Shown here piece by piece: positions 27,498-37,070 of a stretch of 64,000 nucleotides of DNA (within the stretch, counting starts at the first letter, position 1; each line of letters opens with the position of its first letter). The notes under the pieces are model-generated. The model made no database searches. It worked only from the letters and a program-made list of their open reading frames with translations, and was not told the origin of the DNA. Source of the DNA: Dehalococcoidia bacterium (lineage in GTDB: Bacteria > Chloroflexota > Dehalococcoidia > Lucifugimonadales > JAGWBF01). The DNA is taken from the NCBI GenBank assembly GCA_965247295.1, contig CBDFGQ010000006.1, positions 235,868-299,867 on the forward strand, in the 5' to 3' direction. Made by a program: the position numbers and the translations under genes.

Positions 27498-28541
27498 TTA
27501 GCTCAGGTTATCTCTAAAATGGGCCAGGTCCGACCCAGGGTCGAAGAGGAAGCTGCTCCAGTACTCATCCGATAGCAGGTCCAGCGCCTGTCTCCAGACC
27601 CGTGTCATATCCGGGAGGTCCGGAAGGGCATTGTTTCGCTCATCCACCAAAGTAAGATACCGGAGATAGTCTCTGCGGAAATCCCCGAAGGAGCCATAAC
27701 CTCGCCTCTCGATACGTTGGAGAATATCGAGCGCGGCATCTTTAAGCTCAGGGTCTGCGACCTCTGAAAACCGACGGATCAACCACTCTAGCTGCCGGGC
27801 AAAGTAGGGGATGGCCCTGGTGTCTGGAGGGTCCCGATATCCAACCACGTCCAGAGGCGGCGTTTCCGGGATGGAGAAAAACTTGAAGGCCTCCGCAAAG
27901 AAGTCGTGAATGTCCCTTGGTTCCCTGCCGATGGTGGCTGTGCCCTGGGCTGCCGGACCCTGGGTGGGTATGGAACCGATGTCGATTACCGTTATTCTCC
28001 CCTCAGCGGGGTCATAGAAGACGTTCTCGGGACGCATGTCAAGCAGGAGGTGGCCGGCCCTTTGGAATGCTTCCTCTACATCTAGGACCTGCTCCTGGAT
28101 GGCATGGGGACCTCCGTGAGGGTGGGGCACCAGGGGATGAAGGGCGAACAGGTTGTGCCCCAGGCCGATGGGAATGCCCTTGAACTTGTCCCTGATTTCG
28201 GCTACCAGAGGGAATCCTCGTGCCCTCTCCTCAACGAGGACCCGATACTCTTCGTTCAGCGAATCGCCGAAATAGCCGTCGTGCCGGCCGACCTCCGTAT
28301 AGCCCACCAGGTGGGCCAGGTAGGGCACGGACTCCCCAACGCTCCGGTGCACCTCTATGAGCTGCTCCGAGAGCTGGTCTACCCCGTGGTGCAGCTTCCT
28401 GATCACGTAGTCGGGGTTGGGCCTCTTGACGACCACGGCCTTACCAGTCTCCATATCCGTTGCCGCGTGGGCCTCGTAGTCCGAGCCCCTTCCCAGGAAA
28501 CCCTCAAGCCGGAACCTATCGAGCCGGACGAGATCCAGCAT
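27498..28541 (-). CDS. Ser/Thr protein kinase-like protein (atypical motifs)
   Basis: LGRGSD, VVVKRP, LDMRPENV, VIDIG. Confidence 0.75.
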   Translation of the reverse strand: MLDLVRLDRFRLEGFLGRGSDYEAHAATDMETGKAVVVKRPNPDYVIRKLHHGVDQLSEQLIEVHRSVGESVPYLAHLVGYTEVGRHDGYFGDSLNEEYRVLVEERARGFPLVAEIRDKFKGIPIGLGHNLFALHPLVPHPHGGPHAIQEQVLDVEEAFQRAGHLLLDMRPENVFYDPAEGRITVIDIGSIPTQGPAAQGTATIGREPRDIHDFFAEAFKFFSIPETPPLDVVGYRDPPDTRAIPYFARQLEWLIRRFSEVADPELKDAALDILQRIERRGYGSFGDFRRDYLRYLTLVDERNNALPDLPDMTRVWRQALDLLSDEYWSSFLFDPGSDLAHFRDNLS

Positions 28542-28591
28542 GCTTAACCTGTGGCATACATATCGGTGTGGCGATACCCATCCCCCTCATA

Positions 28592-29515
28592 CTAGAACAG
28601 GGCTATGGGATTGACGGGAGAACCCGTTCCCCCCTCCACCTTCAGCGGGGCGATGACCAGCATGAACTCGTAGCGCCCCTCCTCGGCACAGGCCTCGGCC
28701 AGGGGCTGCAGGAGGGAGTTATCCAGCAGCGCCACACCGTAGGCGAAGATAGAGCCGTGGACGGTGGAGGAGACGTCGTAGCCGAAGGGCTGGTAATCCA
28801 TCATATCCCAGAGCAGGACCGATATGTCGTTATCGCGGATGAAGGGCAGGCAAGAGGCGTGGAGACCGGGCCTGGTGGCGCCCTCGCCGCCGGTGTATGG
28901 GGTATCGGGATATGCCTCGTGCCACGCCTCACGCCCGGAGTAGACCGCCACGGCGTCGCCGGGCTCTATCGTGACACCCTGGGCTTTGGCGGCGTCCTCC
29001 AGGTCCCAGCCGTGGACCGGCCGTTCCTGGGTGGCGAAGGGTTCGCCCCTGAGTTTGGGAATGTCCAGGAGCACCCCTCGGGAGACGATCCCGTCTCCCC
29101 AACTGTCCACAGCCCCGAACCTGGCCCCGTCGAAGGTGATCTCCACCGCCGGGTCGCGGCCGTTGTACATCCCGTTCCTGTCCCACACGTGGCACAGGGC
29201 ATCCAGATGGGTGGCGGCAGTGCCGTGGTAGAAGATACCGTAATAATCCATGGACGCTCCCCCTCCGTCACCCCGGACGTTGGTACGCATCCAGTGCTGG
29301 GCGGGGTTGGGATTTCCCACGCCGGGCGTCTTGGGGAAGTACCTGCTGAGGGACACGCTCCTGCCGCTGCGCACCAGACGAGCGGCCGCGACCCGCTTCT
29401 CCGCGGTGATGAGGTTCATCGCCCCCACTTCGTCGTCATCGCCCCACCGGCCCCAGTTGCGGCGGTCCCTCAGGTAGGACTCCACCTCTTCCTGCGTGGG
29501 TAATCTTCTCTCCAC
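28592..29515 (-). CDS. Cyclase family (kynurenine formamidase-like) protein
   Basis: NWGRWG.DDE.G, HGTAATHLDALCH, GGTGSPVNPIA. Confidence 0.9.
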   Translation of the reverse strand: MERRLPTQEEVESYLRDRRNWGRWGDDDEVGAMNLITAEKRVAAARLVRSGRSVSLSRYFPKTPGVGNPNPAQHWMRTNVRGDGGGASMDYYGIFYHGTAATHLDALCHVWDRNGMYNGRDPAVEITFDGARFGAVDSWGDGIVSRGVLLDIPKLRGEPFATQERPVHGWDLEDAAKAQGVTIEPGDAVAVYSGREAWHEAYPDTPYTGGEGATRPGLHASCLPFIRDNDISVLLWDMMDYQPFGYDVSSTVHGSIFAYGVALLDNSLLQPLAEACAEEGRYEFMLVIAPLKVEGGTGSPVNPIALF

Positions 29516-29709
29516 GACGTGACCTCCTTATGAGAGCTACGGGGCGGCCGGGAAGCCGGTCGGTACGCGCCCGCCGGGCTATGCGCCGCGTGCGCTGTCC
29601 CCATTCTATGGCGAGGGGGGCCTTTGTCAAGCATTATAGCTTGGGGTATAGTGTGTGACCAAGGGAGGGCCTCGTTCGGCTTCCCATCGACCTGGGAAGG
29701 AGGGAAGGT

Positions 29710-30169
29710 ATGAGCCTTGAGGACATAGATAGGAGGCTGAGGGTCCTGGAGGACATCGAGGCCATAAAGAAGCTCAAGTCCCGCTACTGCTACTTGTGTG
29801 ACGACAACTACGACGCCGACGGTCTGGCCAGCCTGTTCACCGAGGACGCGGTCTGGGAGGGCGGGATCAGGGGCCGGGCCGATGGAAGGGATACGTAACT
29901 TCTTTCGCCAGGCCCCTCAAAGGCTCCCCTTTGCGATCCACATGGTGGTCAATCCCACGATCGACGTAGACGGCGACGCCGCAAAGGGGACCTGGTATCT
30001 CTTCCAGGCCTGCACCTTTGCCGATGGTAACAGGGCCGTCTGGGGCTCGGCCCGCTACGACGAGGAGTACCAGAGGATAGATGGGGAGTGGAGGTTCAGC
30101 AGCCTGAAGCTGACTTCCTTCTTCTGGACGCCCTTCGACCAGGGCTGGGTAAAGGAGCGCTTCGCCTAG
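29710..30169 (+). pseudogene. SnoaL/NTF2-like protein, frameshifted near 29890
   Basis: LEDIEAIKKLKSRYCYLCD in one frame continues as IRNFF...HMVVNP.I.VDGD.A.G.WY in another. Confidence 0.75.
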
Positions 30170-30179
30170 TAAGGGCAAC

Positions 30180-30935
30180 ATGGGCAAGATGAATGGCATG
30201 GTGGCGATCGTTACGGGGGCCAGCCGGGGCCTGGGCAAGGCAATCGCCAAGGAGTACGCCAGGGAGGGAGCTTCGGTAGCGATATGCGCCCGACCGCGGT
30301 CGCCCACGGGGCTGCCCGGCACCATAGAGGAGACTGCGCGGGAGATCCGTGCCGCGAGAGGCGACGCCTTCCCTGTCCCCTGCGACGTCTCCATCGAGGA
30401 GCAGGTCAAGGCAATGGTTCGGCAGGTCATGGAGCGCTACGGCCGCATAGACGTGCTGGTCAACAACGCGGGGATAATGGTGCTGGGTGAGCCCCTTCTG
30501 GAAACCGACCCCGCCAGTTGGGACCAGCTCATGGCCACTAACGTGCGGGGGCCCTATCTCACCTGCCGGTACGTCCTTCCCGTCATGATGGAGCAGCGTC
30601 GCGGCAGCATCATCAACGTCGGCTCCCGGATGGCGGGGGACCGAGGAACCTGGGGCGGCACCCTCTACAGCGCCAGCAAGGGGGCCCTCCACGGGCTCAG
30701 TCTGTGCCTGGCAGAGGAGGTGAGGGAGTACAACGTCGCCGTCAACATCCTCAGCCCCGGTTCCATGAGGAGCGAGGGGTCGGGGGCCATTCCCTGGGCC
30801 CAGCACGACTGGCACGAGCGAGTGGAGCCCGAGGTCGTGGGCCCCTGCGCCGTGTACCTTGCCCTTCAGGATGCCGGTTCCTTCACCGGACGGCTGGCCC
30901 TGCGCAGCGAGTTCGGCGTGACCTGGGGCACGTAG
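30180..30935 (+). CDS. SDR oxidoreductase
   Basis: TGASRGLG, NNAG, YSASK. Confidence 0.93.
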   Translation: MGKMNGMVAIVTGASRGLGKAIAKEYAREGASVAICARPRSPTGLPGTIEETAREIRAARGDAFPVPCDVSIEEQVKAMVRQVMERYGRIDVLVNNAGIMVLGEPLLETDPASWDQLMATNVRGPYLTCRYVLPVMMEQRRGSIINVGSRMAGDRGTWGGTLYSASKGALHGLSLCLAEEVREYNVAVNILSPGSMRSEGSGAIPWAQHDWHERVEPEVVGPCAVYLALQDAGSFTGRLALRSEFGVTWGT

Positions 30936-30944
30936 ACCAAAGGA

Positions 30945-30973
30945 TTGACAGCACCTGACGGGCTCCCTAATAT
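30945..30973 (+). promoter_or_regulatory. Sigma70-type promoter of the DsrE-like operon
   Basis: TTGACA-17 bp-TAATAT. Confidence 0.55.
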
Positions 30974-31033
30974 ATTACGGTAACCCCCAGCTAATACCCA
31001 AGTCCGCGTTCGCGGCAGTAAAGGAGGTGGCCT

Positions 31034-31369
31034 GTGAGCCAATACGTTCTGATCGAGTCCAGGGACCCCTTTGAGTACGGGGACTCCCTGTACATGTACG
31101 ATCTGGCGGGGGACCTTGCAGATAAGGGGAACGAGGTGACGCTGTTCCTCATCCAGAACGGCGTCCTGACCACTCGCCAGGGCGTCAAGAACAACCCACT
31201 GACTGGGCTAAAAAACAGGGCTCCGGCGGTGAACGTGGCCGCCGACAACTTTTCCTTGCGGGAGCGGGGAATCTCCAAGTCGGCCGTAGTGGACGGCGTA
31301 TCGGTCTCCAGCGTGGACAATCTGGTGGACCTGCTGGTGCAGGACGGCGCCAAAATCGTGTGGCACTAG
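31034..31369 (+). CDS. DsrH/F-like protein (no Cys)
   Basis: VTLFLIQNGV...SLRERGI. Confidence 0.75.
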   Translation: MSQYVLIESRDPFEYGDSLYMYDLAGDLADKGNEVTLFLIQNGVLTTRQGVKNNPLTGLKNRAPAVNVAADNFSLRERGISKSAVVDGVSVSSVDNLVDLLVQDGAKIVWH

Positions 31370-31388
31370 GACGTAAGAAGGAGGAGAC

Positions 31389-31778
31389 ATGGCAACCCTT
31401 ACCATCGCCCTCATGGACCCACCCTACGAATCGGAGACCACCACCTCGGCCCTGCGGATAATTGATGCCGCCGTGCGCAAGGGACACAAGGTAAACGTAT
31501 TCGCCTACGAAGGGGCGGTAAATCTCACCATGGCCGAACAGAAAGCCCACCCCAATCCGGTGCACGGGACGACGGTGGAAGAGGAGCAGCACCCCACCAC
31601 CGCCAACTTCATCGCAGCCCTGTTCAAGACCGAGCTGGTGGACTGGATAAACTGCGGCCTGTGCGTGGATGAGCGGGGCTCCGGCAACTGGATCGAGGGT
31701 GCTCGCCGTGGGGCTCCCTCCCACTTCTTGGAGTGGTCCAACGAGAGCACCAATACCCTGGTGATGGCCACCAAATAG
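31389..31778 (+). CDS. DsrE/TusD-like sulfur carrier
   Basis: DPPYE, FAYEGAV, CGLCVDERG. Confidence 0.8.
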   Translation: MATLTIALMDPPYESETTTSALRIIDAAVRKGHKVNVFAYEGAVNLTMAEQKAHPNPVHGTTVEEEQHPTTANFIAALFKTELVDWINCGLCVDERGSGNWIEGARRGAPSHFLEWSNESTNTLVMATK

Positions 31779-31834
31779 GCATACCCCGAGCGTTGTCTAG
31801 GGGCATGCCCTGAGCAAAGTCTAAGGGAGGCAGT

Positions 31835-32218
31835 ATGGCAAAGATACTTTCCATCGCCGAGCGTGCCTACCACGGCACAATAGAAGAGCAGGACGACACC
31901 ATTCTCTGGATGACCCACATCCTGAAGATCGGTGGGGCCGACATCTCCTTGCTACTCAGGGGCAACGCCGTCAACTACACGGTGCGGGGTCAGGACGCCA
32001 GCGGCCTCAGCTTCGGCGGCGAGAAGATGGAGGTGGGGCCCAAGATTGACAGGGACCTGGCGGAGATCATCAAGGCCGGGATTCCCACCTACGCGGTGCG
32101 GGAGGACATGGAGGACAGGGGCATCGACCAGCAGGCCATCACCCAAGGCGTGAAGCTGGTAAGCCGCAAGGAGGTGGCCGACCTCTACGACTCCCACGAC
32201 CGCATCTGGCACTGGTAG
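31835..32218 (+). CDS. DsrF-like protein (no Cys)
   Basis: LLLRGNAVNY...EDMEDRGI. Confidence 0.75.
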   Translation: MAKILSIAERAYHGTIEEQDDTILWMTHILKIGGADISLLLRGNAVNYTVRGQDASGLSFGGEKMEVGPKIDRDLAEIIKAGIPTYAVREDMEDRGIDQQAITQGVKLVSRKEVADLYDSHDRIWHW

Positions 32219-32273
32219 GAACCTAGCCCACTTGGCGGGCACCCACACACCACAGTAGGAAACCCTATGAGAT

Positions 32274-32310
32274 CGCCCGACGGAATATCGAACTCCGTCG
32301 GGCGCTTTTT
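32274..32310 (+). terminator. Rho-independent terminator
   Basis: CGCCCGACGGA-loop-TCCGTCGGGCG followed by CTTTTT. Confidence 0.8.
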
Positions 32311-32574
32311 GGGATGGCGTTCGGCAAGGACGATGGTCAGGGCTATTCCCCGCTGGTCACTATATCACCAGCCAGAGCCTGGCTCTCACGCAGCAGCCGA
32401 TCTGCTCGGTCGAATCCTCCAGCTTCCCAACATAGCTACCCAAGCCAGGGAAGTCTTGTCCGAGCCCTTGCCACTGTCCCATATTTCCGCTAAAGTACCC
32501 GAAGCGGGTGTAGCTCTTCTTTCTCAATCAGGCGAGGCGTCCCTCGCCGGTATATGGACCTTCAGGAGGACGTG

Positions 32575-34917
32575 ATGACCATAGCCACCTTTGGCTCCAG
32601 CGTCAAGCGCCGCGAGGACCCGAAGCTCATCACCGGCCAGGGGACCTATGTAGACGACATCAAAATGGTGGGCATGCTACACGCCGTGATGGTCAGAAGC
32701 CCCCACGCCCACGCCAAGATACTAAACATAGACACATCCAGGGCGAAAAACCACCCTGGGGTGTTGGCCGTGTCCACCGGGGCAGATCTCCAAGAGGAGC
32801 TTGGCTCCCTCATCGTAGCCTGGCTCCTGCCGGACATAAAACAGACCGCACGCCCTCCCATGGCTTATGATACGGCGAAGTTCGTGGGTGAGGTTGTAGC
32901 TGTTGTCGTGGCAGACGATCCGGCTACCGCGGTGGATGCCGCCGGCATGGTGGATGTGTCCTATGAGCCCCTGCCCGCCGTGGTCAACGCGGAGGAAACC
33001 ACCCGGAGCGGCGCGCCCCAGATTCACGAGATCGCCCCCAACAACATCGCCTGGGAATGGGAACTTAACGGCGGCGACATCGAAGCGGCGGCAAGGGACG
33101 CCGAAGTCACGGTCCGGCAGAGGTTCATCCAGCAACGCCTCATCGCCAATGCCATTGAACCTCGTGGGGTAGTGGCCGACTTTAACCGGGGCACCAACCA
33201 GCTTACCCTCTGGACATCCACCCAGGTGCCCCACCTGGTTAGGCTAACTCTGGCCCTGGCCGGGGTCCACCCCGAGCATCAGCTAAGGGTCGTAGCCCCC
33301 GACGTGGGCGGCGGCTTCGGCAGCAAGATATGTCCTTATGTCGAGGAGCTAATTGTCGCTGTCTCTGCCAAGCGTTTGGGGAGGCCCGTCAAGTGGATCG
33401 AGACCCGCCAGGAAAACTACATAGCCACCAACCACGGCCGGGACCATATCCAGGACGTGGAGATAATGGGCAACAGGGACGGCACCATCGCCGGTCTGAG
33501 GGCCACTGTCTATGCCAACATGGGGGCCCAGCTCTCCTTCTTTGCCCCCCTTATACCGACTTTCCTCTTCGGCCTCATCCTCGGTGGCGAATACAGGATC
33601 CCGAATATCTCGGCCAAGGTCTACGGCACCTTCACCAACACCACGCCGGTGGACGCCTACCGAGGCGCCGGCCGGCCCGAGGCCGTCTTCGTCCTGGAAC
33701 GGTCGGTGGACATGTTCGCCCAGGAGATCGGCATGGACCCCGCCGAGGTACGCCGCAAGAACCTGATTCCACCCTTTACCGACGGCCACACCGTCGCCAC
33801 CGGGGTGGCCTACGACAGCGGCAACTACGAGCCAGCCTTCGACCGGGCGTTGGAGATGGTGGGCTACCAGAACTTCCGGCAGGAGCAACAGCGGGCCCGT
33901 CAGGAGGGCCGTTACCTGGGTATCGGGCTCACCAACTACGTGGAAATATGCGGGGCCGCCCCTTCGACCGTCGCTGCAACACTGGGGTTGCAGTACGGGG
34001 CCTGGGAGACCGCCATGGTCAGGGTCCACCCCACGGGCAAGGTGACGGTGTATACGGGCAGCTCGGCCCATGGGCAGGGCCATGAGACGACCTTCGCTCA
34101 GCTCGCCTCTTCGGATCTAGGTATACCCATGGAGGACATAGAGGTGGTTCACGGAGACACTTCCCTGCTCCAGTTCGCCATCGGGACCTTCGGCAGCCGG
34201 AGCGCGGCCGTGGGTGGCTCAGCCATCCGCCAGACCGTAGACAAGATCAAGGACAAAGCCAAACGGCTGGCTGCGCACTTGCTGGAGGCCGCCGAGGCCG
34301 ACATGGTCTACGAGGATGGAAAGATGTTCGTCCGGGGCGCGCCGGCCAATGCCAAGACGTTCGGCGAGATCGCTTTCGCGTCCCACCTGGCCAGCAGCCT
34401 CCCAGAGGGGATGGAGCCGGGGCTGGAAGCCCTGAGCTACTTCGACCCACCGAATTTCACCTGGCCCTTCGGCACCCACATCGCGGTGGTGGAGGTGGAG
34501 GTGGAGACTGGCGAGGTAAAGCTGCTCCGCTACGTAGCGGTGGACGACGTCGGCAACGTTATCAACCCTATGATAGTGGATGGTCAGCTCCACGGAGGGA
34601 TCGCCCAGGGAGTTGGGCAGGCCCTCCAAGAGGAGGCCATCTACGACGACAGCGGCCAGCTCCTCACCGGCTCCATGATGGACTACGCTGTCCCTGCCGC
34701 CGATGTCCTGCCATCCTTCGAGATAGACCGCACCGTGACCCCCTCCCCGGTGAACCCCCTGGGGGTCAAAGGTGCTGGAGAGGCGGGCACCAACGCCGCT
34801 TCCGCCGCCATGGTCAATGCCGTTGTCGATGCTCTATCCCCCTTTGGCATAAAGCACATAGACATGCCCCTCAAGCCCGAAAGGGTATGGCGGGCCATCC
34901 AGGAGTCGAAGGGGTAG
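32575..34917 (+). CDS. Molybdenum hydroxylase large subunit (form II CoxL-like)
   Basis: RREDPKLITG, VGGGFGSK, AYRGAGR, HGQGHET, GVKGAGE. Confidence 0.92.
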   Translation: MTIATFGSSVKRREDPKLITGQGTYVDDIKMVGMLHAVMVRSPHAHAKILNIDTSRAKNHPGVLAVSTGADLQEELGSLIVAWLLPDIKQTARPPMAYDTAKFVGEVVAVVVADDPATAVDAAGMVDVSYEPLPAVVNAEETTRSGAPQIHEIAPNNIAWEWELNGGDIEAAARDAEVTVRQRFIQQRLIANAIEPRGVVADFNRGTNQLTLWTSTQVPHLVRLTLALAGVHPEHQLRVVAPDVGGGFGSKICPYVEELIVAVSAKRLGRPVKWIETRQENYIATNHGRDHIQDVEIMGNRDGTIAGLRATVYANMGAQLSFFAPLIPTFLFGLILGGEYRIPNISAKVYGTFTNTTPVDAYRGAGRPEAVFVLERSVDMFAQEIGMDPAEVRRKNLIPPFTDGHTVATGVAYDSGNYEPAFDRALEMVGYQNFRQEQQRARQEGRYLGIGLTNYVEICGAAPSTVAATLGLQYGAWETAMVRVHPTGKVTVYTGSSAHGQGHETTFAQLASSDLGIPMEDIEVVHGDTSLLQFAIGTFGSRSAAVGGSAIRQTVDKIKDKAKRLAAHLLEAAEADMVYEDGKMFVRGAPANAKTFGEIAFASHLASSLPEGMEPGLEALSYFDPPNFTWPFGTHIAVVEVEVETGEVKLLRYVAVDDVGNVINPMIVDGQLHGGIAQGVGQALQEEAIYDDSGQLLTGSMMDYAVPAADVLPSFEIDRTVTPSPVNPLGVKGAGEAGTNAASAAMVNAVVDALSPFGIKHIDMPLKPERVWRAIQESKG

Positions 34918-35796
34918 ATGTCCCTAGGCTCCATCGAGGACGTCCTGGATGAGCTGGAGCGGGAAGACTACGTTGCCGACCCGGCCATCGCCACCTCGGT
35001 GTACCTGGCGAAAACCCTTGGCCGGCCGTTACTGATCGAGGGCCGTGCCGGGGTGGGCAAGACCGAGGTGGCCAACGTCCTGGCCCGCATCCTGGACACG
35101 AACCTCATCCGCCTCCAGTGTTACGAGGGCCTGGACGTGACCACCGCCCTCTACGAGTGGAACTATCCCAAGCAGCTCCTCTGGATCAAGCTGGACGAGA
35201 ACGTGCCCCGCTCCACCGAGGAGAAGGAGCGGGAGATTTTCAGCGAGGCTTTCCTGCTTCAACGCCCCCTCCTGGCAGCCCTCACCCAGAAGGATAGGGC
35301 GCCGGTGCTGCTCATAGACGAGGTGGACCGGGCGGACGAGGAGTTCGAGGCCTTTCTCCTGGAGGTCCTCTCCGAGTTCCAGGTGACAATTCCCGAGATC
35401 GGCACCATCAAGGCCGAGCTTACCCCCAATGTAATTCTGACATCCAACCGCTCCAGAGACCTGGCCGACGCGCTGCGCCGCCGCTGCCTTTACCTCTGGA
35501 TCGACTATCCCTCCTTCGACAAGGAGCTCCGCATAGTACTCGCCAAGGTGCCGGGCATCTCCCAGGCCCTGGCCGGGCAGATCTGCCGCTTCCTCCAGGA
35601 GACTCGTCGCATGGGCCTGGAAAAAGTGCCGGGGATCTCGGAGACGCTGGACTGGGCCACGGCCATGGTGACGCTACACCACGACCACCTTGACCGGGCG
35701 ACGGTAGAGCAGACCCTGGGATGCCTGGTAAAGGACGTCGAGGACCTGGAGCAGTTCAGGGGCGACGCCCTGGACGAGATGCTGAAGGTGGTCTAG
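34918..35796 (+). CDS. coxD: MoxR AAA+ ATPase (CoxD-like)
   Basis: GRAGVGKT, RLQCYEGLD, YEWNY, LLIDEVDRAD. Confidence 0.85.
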   Translation: MSLGSIEDVLDELEREDYVADPAIATSVYLAKTLGRPLLIEGRAGVGKTEVANVLARILDTNLIRLQCYEGLDVTTALYEWNYPKQLLWIKLDENVPRSTEEKEREIFSEAFLLQRPLLAALTQKDRAPVLLIDEVDRADEEFEAFLLEVLSEFQVTIPEIGTIKAELTPNVILTSNRSRDLADALRRRCLYLWIDYPSFDKELRIVLAKVPGISQALAGQICRFLQETRRMGLEKVPGISETLDWATAMVTLHHDHLDRATVEQTLGCLVKDVEDLEQFRGDALDEMLKVV

Positions 35797-35797
35797 T

Positions 35798-36919
35798 GTG
35801 GAGGAGGACGCCGGGCATGGTCTCGTCTCCCACACGGTCCGCTTCTGCCGGACCCTGAGGGAGCGTGGCCTGCTGGTAGGCCCATCGGAGACGGCCGACG
35901 CCATCCGTTCCCTTGCCCTGATCGACCTCATGGACCGCCAGCAGGTCTACTTGGCCCTCAAGACGGTCCTCGTGTCACGGGCCGAGGAGATGCGGGCCTT
36001 CGACGAGTGCTTCCAAGAGTTCTGGTCTTTTGACCTGTCCCATGCGGCCTCAGCCCCCATACTCAAACCCACCGAGGTCCACGGCCTACAATCCACGGAT
36101 GGCCCCGATGCTCAGCAGTCAAGGGACCAACAGGCCTCGGGCATTCCGGTCACCCGCACCGGCGCCAGCCCGGTGGAGGTGCTCGGGGGACGTGACCTGA
36201 CGGCGTTCCAGGAAGCAAACCTCGCCGAGGTGTCGTCCATCGCCTCCCGGACATTGCGGGCCATACCAACCCGTCTTGGCCGGCGCCGGCGCCGGCACAT
36301 GAGAAAGGGGTTACCGGACCTGCGCGGCGCCTTTCGCAAGAGCCTTTCCCACGGAGGAGAGCTGGTGTCCCTGCCTCGACGGCGCCGGGTCCCTCGGACT
36401 CCGCGCCTGGTGGTGCTGCTGGACGCCAGCGGGTCCATGGACCGCCATGCCCGACTACTGCTGCAGCTGGTCTACGCCCTGGGTCAGCGAGCGGGACGGG
36501 TCGAGACCTTCGTCTTTAGCACGTCCCTGACCCGCGTCACCCGCCAGCTCAGGGCCCCCTCGTTCTACGAGGCCCTGTGCCGCATTGGGGCCGTGGCGCC
36601 TCACTGGTCCGGTGGCACACGCATCGGAACGTGTCTGGAGGCCCTGAACCGCACCTACGCCTACATCCTCGACCGCGACACCTCGGTGTTCCTCATGAGC
36701 GACGGATGGGAGACCGGAGACCCGGACCACCTGGCCCGGGAGCTTCATCGGCTGCGGCGGCGGGTAAGGAGGCTGGTCTGGCTCAATCCCCTGCTGGGGA
36801 CCCAGGACTACGAGCCCTTGACCCTGGGGCTACAGGCCGCCCGCACGCACGTGGACACCTTTGCGTCTGCAAAGGACCTGGCACAGTTGAAGCGCCTCCC
36901 CCGGCTGCTGCGCGGCTAA
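35798..36919 (+). CDS. coxE: vWA-domain protein (CoxE-like)
   Basis: DASGSM, WSGGTRIG, SDGW, VWLNP. Confidence 0.85.
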   Translation: MEEDAGHGLVSHTVRFCRTLRERGLLVGPSETADAIRSLALIDLMDRQQVYLALKTVLVSRAEEMRAFDECFQEFWSFDLSHAASAPILKPTEVHGLQSTDGPDAQQSRDQQASGIPVTRTGASPVEVLGGRDLTAFQEANLAEVSSIASRTLRAIPTRLGRRRRRHMRKGLPDLRGAFRKSLSHGGELVSLPRRRRVPRTPRLVVLLDASGSMDRHARLLLQLVYALGQRAGRVETFVFSTSLTRVTRQLRAPSFYEALCRIGAVAPHWSGGTRIGTCLEALNRTYAYILDRDTSVFLMSDGWETGDPDHLARELHRLRRRVRRLVWLNPLLGTQDYEPLTLGLQAARTHVDTFASAKDLAQLKRLPRLLRG

Positions 36920-37070
36920 CACAGCGAATTGTGAGGCCACCGATCTTTGGAGCCACCCTGGGTTTGCAATGGCGCTTGCCCCGGCTAGGGAGAAACGTTA
37001 TAGTATCGGTCTGAGGACACGTGATGCAAGCGATGGTGCGGCCCATATCCACCCAGGGAAGGAGGACACG

